Shown here piece after piece: positions 17,901 through 22,718 of a DNA stretch of 32,000 nt; the first letter of the stretch is position 1; every line of letters begins with the position of its first letter. This DNA is from Paeniglutamicibacter terrestris (GTDB taxonomy: Bacteria > Actinomycetota > Actinomycetes > Actinomycetales > Micrococcaceae). The translations under genes were made by a program, and so were the position numbers. The notes under the pieces are model-generated. The model was not told the DNA's origin, did no database searches, and was given only the letters and a program-made list of their open reading frames with translations. The DNA lies in the NCBI RefSeq assembly GCF_012271785.1, contig NZ_JAAWVT010000012.1, forward strand, positions 9,843 through 41,842, read 5' to 3'.

Positions 17901-18830
17901 GCCACCTACGAGCTCGGCGGCGGCTGGATGAAGGTGGGACGCGCCAAGATTGGCAAGCGCGCCTTCTTGGGTAACTCAGGTATCGCCGGTGCCGGGCGAC
18001 GGGTGCCACGTAATGGGCTCGTCGCTGTCCTCTCGGCAACACCTGCCAAGGCCAAGGCCGGGACCTCCTGGTTGGGCAGTCCTCCGGTTCGACTGCGCCG
18101 CACCACCGTTGATGCGGATTCCTCGCTGACCTATGCTCCGCCGCTACGCCTCAAGATCGCCCGCGCGCTGTGGGAATTGTGCCGTATTTTGCCGGTCATC
18201 ACCAGCGTCGCGGTAGCCACCCTGGTCCTGGTCCTGCTGGATATGCTGGCCACCCACTACGGTTACCTGGCTGCCGCCCTGCTCAGTGGCGCCGTCATGC
18301 TGCTCGCCGGCGCCGTTGCCGCCACCTCGGCGGTCCTTGCCAAATGGGTGCTGGTCGGTCCCATCCGTCCGGGTGAACATACCCTGTGGAGCTCCTTCAT
18401 CTGGCGCAATGAGGTGGTGGACACCTTCATCGAAATGGTGTGCGCTCCTTGGTTCGCCCACTCGGCGGCAGGTTCCCCTGCATTGGTCTGGTGGTTGCGC
18501 GCCCTCGGTGCCAAGATCGGCCACGGCGTCTGGTGCGAAAGCTATTGGCTTCCCGAAGCCGACCTGGTCACCCTCGGCGACTCCTCCACGGTGAATCGCG
18601 GAACGGTCATCCAGACCCACCTCTTCCACGACCGGGTCATGGCTATTGATACGGTAGAACTCTCCGCAGGATCCACGATGGGTCCCCACGGAGTCATCCT
18701 GCCGGCTGCATCGTTGTCGGAAGGCTCCACCGTGGGACCGGGTTCGCTGGTCATGCGCGGAGAAAACGTTCCCCCGTCGAGTTATTGGATGGGCAACCCC
18801 GTACAGCCTTGGAGCCAGCCGAACGCATGA
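14931..18830 (+). CDS. Pls/PosA-family single-module non-ribosomal peptide synthetase (A-T-6TM with three tandem C-terminal domains; homopoly(amino acid) synthetase-like)
   Basis: The frame is open from 14790 (TTG). I prefer the GTG at 14931, about 30 aa before the conserved APRTLLNILEASAAAHP, but the start is uncertain. A-domain motifs FTSGSTGTPKG, FDAS, NTYGPTE, YRSGD, GRLDEQVKLGGRRIELGEV, PTKTSGKVDR. PCP motif FFASGGGSLS (Ser codon 16572-16574). Three pairs of TM helices alternate with three paralogous ~160-aa soluble domains. No HHxxxDG or TE motif seen. Confidence 0.9.
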   Translation: MESTRSISDQVTPPPIYLPQYPGSDLAPAPRTLLNILEASAAAHPDASAIDDGERALTYAELMVSIDEQAERMRTAGLGAGDRVGIRIPSGTRELYIGILATMMIGAAYVPVDADDPEERAQLVFSEANVAAVLGVKGEIAVLRSEANTSPAREAELGDDAWIIFTSGSTGTPKGVAITQRSAAAFVDAEAALFLQSEPMGPEDRVLAGLSVAFDASCEEMWLAWRHGSCLVPAPRALVRSGMDLGPWLVTRGVTVVSTVPTLAALWPAEALENVRLLIFGGEACPPELAARLAVTGRELWNTYGPTEATVVACGAQMNGIDSVRIGLPLTGWDLAVVDTSGIPVGPGESGELIIGGVGLGRYLDPAKDAEKYAPFPTLGWDRAYRSGDLVQADPEGLIFLGRLDEQVKLGGRRIELGEVDAALQSLPEVSGAAAAVKTTAAGNQILVGYLAADASYDTIAARTRLADMLPAALIPLLTVVDTLPTKTSGKVDRHALPWPLATAADTSSSVLPELGEDASWVIEQWRRVLGTEVSSLDADFFASGGGSLSAAQLVSALRVRYRTITVGEIYSHPRIGSLLEALGTSTGVEPETRIVARTTRRAQVFQTLMGIPTFILVGMRWLVYLALGNNVLDALGVFTQAPRLSWWTVLVLWLVFVSSPGRMAISVISARMLLRGVKPGNYPRSGKVHLRLWLAQQISDLADPVSLGSAHWIQFYARALGATVGPDVQLHSVPPVTGLLTVGSGANIEPEVDLTGYWIDGDRVHVGAITIGADASIGARSTLMPGASIAEGVTLAAGSVAAGPTRAFSAYSGSPATRLGKAKPAWPQTITTARRVASTFFSLASMALGALPLVSILGALVIAAWLLRGGTSLSDSWLTLLYVVPVAAVTWFVLNMLLILGATRILGLGLREGWHRVDSRIGWQVWATERLLDMARDLLFPLYASLFTPVWLRLLGAKVGRNVEASTVLLIPKMTTIASGAFLADDTMVATYELGGGWMKVGRAKIGKRAFLGNSGIAGAGRRVPRNGLVAVLSATPAKAKAGTSWLGSPPVRLRRTTVDADSSLTYAPPLRLKIARALWELCRILPVITSVAVATLVLVLLDMLATHYGYLAAALLSGAVMLLAGAVAATSAVLAKWVLVGPIRPGEHTLWSSFIWRNEVVDTFIEMVCAPWFAHSAAGSPALVWWLRALGAKIGHGVWCESYWLPEADLVTLGDSSTVNRGTVIQTHLFHDRVMAIDTVELSAGSTMGPHGVILPAASLSEGSTVGPGSLVMRGENVPPSSYWMGNPVQPWSQPNA

Positions 18831-20230
18831 GCAAGACCACGCCAGTTGATACGACCACCGTCCCCAGCTTCATCCCGGATCCCTATGTGCCACGCTCCGG
18901 AAGCGCACACTACCTGGTGATGCACTACGACCTGGATCTGGATTGCAAACTCGGCGGTAATCGCTTGGACGGCAAGGCGACGATCACAGCGGTGGCCACC
19001 ACCAGACTCGATCGTATTAGCCTGGACTTTTCCGGCTTGCGTGCCTCACGCTGCCAGGTCAATGGCACCAAGATCGCCAAGTACACCCAGAAATCGGGAA
19101 AGCTGGTGCTCCACCTGCCCTCGGACGTGGCCAAGGGCGAGGAATTTAGTGTGGAGATCCGCTACGGGGGCGTGCCGAATGTTCGTCAAGGCATCTGGGG
19201 CGAGGTCGGCTGGGAAGAACTCACCGATGGGGTGCTGGTGGCGGGCCAACCAAATGGGGCTGCCACCTGGTTCCCCTGTAATGATCACCCCAGCCAAAAG
19301 GCCACCTACCGCATCACCGTAAACACCGATGCCGGATACCGCCCGGTCTCCAACGGCCAGTTGATAAACCGCCAACGTCGCTCACGTGGTGAGGCCTGGA
19401 CCTATGAGGTCCTTGAGCCGATGGCCACCTATCTGGCGACGCTGCAGATCGGCCGCTATGAGTTGCGTGCGTTAGCAGGCTCCGCCACGGCGGCCAGTGG
19501 CACCGGCGGTGCGCATGCAGATGCCCCAACCCCCGTCATCCAACGCGTGGCGGCAAATGGCTCGCAGCTGCGGCGGGCAGGTTCTGCCCTGTCCGACCAG
19601 CCACGAATGATGGAAACCTTTATCGAGGCTTTTGGCCCCTATCCCTTCGCCGACTACACCGTTGTTGTCACCCAGGACGATCTCGAGATCCCGCTGGAGG
19701 CCCACGGCCTCTCCATTCTGGGCAATAACCACCTAGCGCCGGGCTGGGAGCAACAGCGACTCATCGCCCACGAGCTCTCGCATCAATGGTTTGGCAACTC
19801 CCTGACCGCTGGAACCTGGCGGGATATCTGGTTGCACGAGGGCTTTGCCTGCTACGCCGAGTGGATCTGGTCCGAAGCCGCCGGCAACCTCAGTGCCGAT
19901 GAGCGTGCGCGAGATGCGTGGAGCCGCCTGGCTACCCTGGACTGGGACATCACCATCGGGGATCCCGGTGCAGCCGACATGTTTGATGACCGGGTGTACA
20001 AGCGTGGCGCACTAGCACTTCATGCGCTGCGATTGGCCGCCGGGGACCGCGCGTTCTTTGCGATGCTCCGGTCTTGGGTCGGTGCGCGGCGCCATTCGAC
20101 CGTCACCTGTGAGCAGTTCCTGGAGCACGTGGATGCTCATTTGCCGCTTTCCGTGTCGGCCGCCGATTTCCTGCGGCCATGGCTCTTTGAAACTGCCTTG
20201 CCGCAGCTTGCCGCGGAGAAAAACGCCTAG
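18827..20230 (+). CDS. M1-family zinc metallopeptidase (short, cytoplasmic type), translationally coupled to the synthetase
   Basis: The ATG at 18827 overlaps the synthetase TGA (ATGA). HELSH at 19769-19783, with Glu 19 residues after the second His (WLHEGFACYAEW), gives HExxH-X18-E. The GxMEN position reads IPLEAHGL (19688-19711). No signal peptide seen. Confidence 0.88.
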   Translation: MSKTTPVDTTTVPSFIPDPYVPRSGSAHYLVMHYDLDLDCKLGGNRLDGKATITAVATTRLDRISLDFSGLRASRCQVNGTKIAKYTQKSGKLVLHLPSDVAKGEEFSVEIRYGGVPNVRQGIWGEVGWEELTDGVLVAGQPNGAATWFPCNDHPSQKATYRITVNTDAGYRPVSNGQLINRQRRSRGEAWTYEVLEPMATYLATLQIGRYELRALAGSATAASGTGGAHADAPTPVIQRVAANGSQLRRAGSALSDQPRMMETFIEAFGPYPFADYTVVVTQDDLEIPLEAHGLSILGNNHLAPGWEQQRLIAHELSHQWFGNSLTAGTWRDIWLHEGFACYAEWIWSEAAGNLSADERARDAWSRLATLDWDITIGDPGAADMFDDRVYKRGALALHALRLAAGDRAFFAMLRSWVGARRHSTVTCEQFLEHVDAHLPLSVSAADFLRPWLFETALPQLAAEKNA

Positions 20231-20307
20231 CCAGAGACGGGTAGACCGATCCCACTAGGCCTCCAAATGTTCACCTTCCGTTCATGGCGTTCCGATAGCC
20301 TCACCCT

Positions 20308-21192
20308 ATGCAAATGCTTGATTTGGCCGCACATGGCTACTCCGTCCGCGACAATGACGACGACGACCCGGTGTTGTTAACGTCAGCCGGCGATGTAGTG
20401 GACACCTGGCGCGAAGACTATCCATATTCCTCACGGATGGACCGCACCCAGTACGAGATGGACAAGCGGCTGCTCCAGATCGAGCTGCTGAAATTACAGG
20501 TCTGGATCAAGGCCACCGGACACCGTTTGGTCGTGCTCTTTGAGGGCCGCGACGCCGCGGGCAAGGGCGGAACGATCAAACGTTTCACCGAGCACCTCAA
20601 TCCCCGTGGCGCCCGGGTAGTTGCCCTCGAAAAGCCCAGCGAACGCGAATCCACACAGTGGTTCTTCCAGCGCTATATTGCGCACCTTCCAGCGGCCGGC
20701 GAAATGGTCCTCTTTGACCGTTCTTGGTACAACCGCTCAGGTGTTGAACGCGTCATGCGCTTTTGCACCAAGGAGCAATTCGATAGGTTCATGAACCAGG
20801 CTCCGACCTTCGAGCAGCAATTGGTTGATGAGGGCATCACCCTGGTGAAGTTCTGGTTCTCGGTCTCGCGCCAAGAGCAGCTGACGCGCTTTACCATCCG
20901 TCAGATCGATCCGGTACGGCAGTGGAAGCTCTCCCCCACGGACCTTGCGTCGCTGGATAAATGGGAAGCCTACACCGAAGCCAAGGAAGAAACCTTCCGG
21001 AGCACCGACACCGAATGGGCACCCTGGACAGTTGTGAAATCCAACGATAAGAAGCGCGCTCGGATTGAGGCCATGCGCCATGTGTTGAGCCTCTTCGACT
21101 ATGAGGGCAAGGACCACGAACTGGTCGGCACCCCGGACCCGCACATTGTCGGACCTGCTTCGGCAGTTGTGGCGGCCGGCGAAGAGTTCTAG
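20308..21192 (+). CDS. ppk2: Polyphosphate kinase 2 (PPK2, class I-like)
   Basis: 294 aa. Walker A FEGRDAAGKGGTIKR, YFQRY-like FFQRYIAHLP, DRSWYNR, and lid region QWKLSPTDLASLDKW. Collinear with mycobacterial PPK2 from memory. Confidence 0.9.
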   Translation: MQMLDLAAHGYSVRDNDDDDPVLLTSAGDVVDTWREDYPYSSRMDRTQYEMDKRLLQIELLKLQVWIKATGHRLVVLFEGRDAAGKGGTIKRFTEHLNPRGARVVALEKPSERESTQWFFQRYIAHLPAAGEMVLFDRSWYNRSGVERVMRFCTKEQFDRFMNQAPTFEQQLVDEGITLVKFWFSVSRQEQLTRFTIRQIDPVRQWKLSPTDLASLDKWEAYTEAKEETFRSTDTEWAPWTVVKSNDKKRARIEAMRHVLSLFDYEGKDHELVGTPDPHIVGPASAVVAAGEEF

Positions 21193-21210
21193 TCACGACC
21201 CAGTAAAAGT

Positions 21211-21255
21211 GAAGGCCGGTAGTTTCCCTCGATCAGAGAGAAGCTACCGGTCTTC
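21211..21255 (+). terminator. Terminator hairpin after ppk2
   Basis: GAAGGCCGGTAG (21211-21222) pairs with CTACCGGTCTTC (21244-21255), with one mismatch. It starts 19 nt after the ppk2 stop. Confidence 0.5.
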
Positions 21256-21339
21256 CGGGTCTAAGGATCATCACCGATGAAGGGGTGGACATTCAGTCGC
21301 CGTCGTGCAGTTCACGTGTGGATGGCGAAACCGCCCGAA

Positions 21340-21381
21340 TGTGATGCCACCGTCCTCCTCGAGGCAGATAACGGCATCACA
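21340..21381 (-). terminator. Candidate terminator hairpin after the Ltp-repeat gene
   Basis: TGTGATGCC (21340-21348) / GGCATCACA (21373-21381), a 9-bp perfect stem with a large loop. It lies 12 nt downstream of the minus-strand stop at 21393. Confidence 0.35.
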
Positions 21382-21392
21382 TCCAAGAGCGA

Positions 21393-22382
21393 TTAGAGGC
21401 CCGTCTTACTCACTCCATATTCTGCCTGCTTCGCCGTGTAGCCCTCGAAAACAAGCTGATCTACGAGCCCGGATCGCGAGAATGCCGTGTACTCGAGATA
21501 GCTTTTGGCTGATTTGGCCGCTTGCTCGTTCCAGTCGACCGTCACTCGTTCCACCGCCCAAGTGGCATCCTTCGTTGAGTAGTCCTCGAACTCGAGTTGC
21601 GAGATAAGGCCCTTGCGAGAGAATGCAGTGTATTCGAGATAGCTTTCCGCGGCACGCAAGGCATTCTGCTGGCTCAAGGTCCCTGCCTCCGCTTTCGCCT
21701 TGGCACTGGCCTCTGCGGCAACCTTGGCTTGGGCTTCTGCTTCCGCCTTCTCGCTTGCCTCGGCCTTTTTGCTGGCTTCGACTTCGGCCTTAGCGCTCGC
21801 CTCAGCCTCCGCTTCCTCAATGGCGTTTGCACTGGCCACCGCTTCATCGCTCGCCTTGGCCTCCGCGGAGGTGAGAGCGGTAGAAGATGCTACGGCCGCG
21901 GCTGCCGGTGATTCGCTAGGTGTCGCAGTTGCTGACGCTGTTGGCGACGCGGTGCCAGCCGGTGCCGTCGACGGCTCTTCGCCAGATCCACCACAAGAAG
22001 CAATGAGGATGGCAAAAACAACAACGACTCCAGCGCCGATGCCGATTTTTTTACCCTTGCTCAGCGGTTTTTTCGATTCCAAAGTTCCCGGAGTTGAGAA
22101 CCCTGCGGCGGATGAATTTCCCACCGCGGCACTGGCAGCTATGGGTGATCCAGTTGCAGCCGCGGCTGCACCAAAATCGGGCATCACCGACATGTACAAA
22201 TATGGATTGGCAGAAAATTCTTCCGGCGGCATGGCCGGGGCGCCAGTCTCATTGTCGATCCACATGGGCCAACCGATGGGCGGTGCACCCCACGCCTTTT
22301 CCGGAACCCACGTCGGTGTGGGCCGGAACTCGGTAGGAAGATGTTGAAGCCAAAGCGGTGGAGGATTAAAACGAATAGACAT
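21393..22382 (-). CDS. Membrane-anchored protein with two C-terminal Ltp (phage lipoprotein Ltp-like, PF07553-type) repeats
   Basis: The ATG at 22382 (MSIRFNPPPLW...) is preceded by AGGGGAA; the track start at 22493 is rejected. There is one TM segment, KKIGIGAGVVVVFAILIASCGG, then an Ala/Glu/Lys-rich linker. Two repeats follow: NALRAAESYLEYTAFSRKGLISQLEFEDYSTKDATWAVERV and AAKSAKSYLEYTAFSRSGLVDQLVFEGYTAKQAEYGVSK. Confidence 0.8.
   Translation of the reverse strand: MSIRFNPPPLWLQHLPTEFRPTPTWVPEKAWGAPPIGWPMWIDNETGAPAMPPEEFSANPYLYMSVMPDFGAAAAATGSPIAASAAVGNSSAAGFSTPGTLESKKPLSKGKKIGIGAGVVVVFAILIASCGGSGEEPSTAPAGTASPTASATATPSESPAAAAVASSTALTSAEAKASDEAVASANAIEEAEAEASAKAEVEASKKAEASEKAEAEAQAKVAAEASAKAKAEAGTLSQQNALRAAESYLEYTAFSRKGLISQLEFEDYSTKDATWAVERVTVDWNEQAAKSAKSYLEYTAFSRSGLVDQLVFEGYTAKQAEYGVSKTGL
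21681..21869 (-). repeat. Low-complexity coding repeat (Ala/Glu/Lys-rich, AEAxAKAEA-like) inside the Ltp-repeat gene
   Basis: Encodes SAEAKASDEAVASANAIEEAEAEASAKAEVEASKKAEASEKAEAEAQAKVAAEASAKAKAEAG. The degenerate GCC/GCT/GAG/AAG-rich periodic DNA also generates long shadow ORFs on the plus strand. Confidence 0.6.
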
Positions 22383-22649
22383 GATTCCCCTAATGACGAT
22401 CGCGAATGTGCGGAGTTCCCGATCCCCCGGGTACCTCCTGATCCAGAGCGTAGGCGGGGCCACAGACATTTCGTCGTTTATCTCAATCCGCATTCACCAT
22501 AGTGCGGTTTATGGTTCCGCTAGGATCGTTCATGACTCAAATCCCGTCTCGAAACTTTCCCTAATTCAAACGGTGATTCTTACTACGCAGTATGCCAAAC
22601 CCGTTCAAAAGATCGGCGCTACTCAGTGCCCGAGCCGGGTGACCATGGC

Positions 22650-22695
22650 AGAAAAAGGTCGGCAGCCTTCCCGTGTGGGGAGGCTGCCGACCTTT
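22650..22695 (-). terminator. Rho-independent terminator of pheST
   Basis: Perfect 15-bp stem AAAGGTCGGCAGCCT (22654-22668) / AGGCTGCCGACCTTT (22681-22695). On the minus strand it is followed by TTTTTCT and begins 24 nt after the pheT stop. Confidence 0.75.
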
Positions 22696-22718
22696 GGTAC
22701 TACTACCCGCGGTGCTGC

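Noticed and set aside
14769-18754. Numerous 60-190-aa ORFs in other frames or on the other strand within the synthetase gene
   Set aside because: All are embedded in a continuous frame of about 1300 aa that has collinear NRPS motifs. Their translations are low-complexity and Pro/Arg/Gly-rich.
21700-22347. Plus-strand 215-aa Ala/Ser/Leu-rich ORF (MALASAATLAWASASAF...)
   Set aside because: It is the complement of the low-complexity Ala/Glu/Lys-coding repeat of the Ltp-repeat gene, so it is an artefact of repeat composition.
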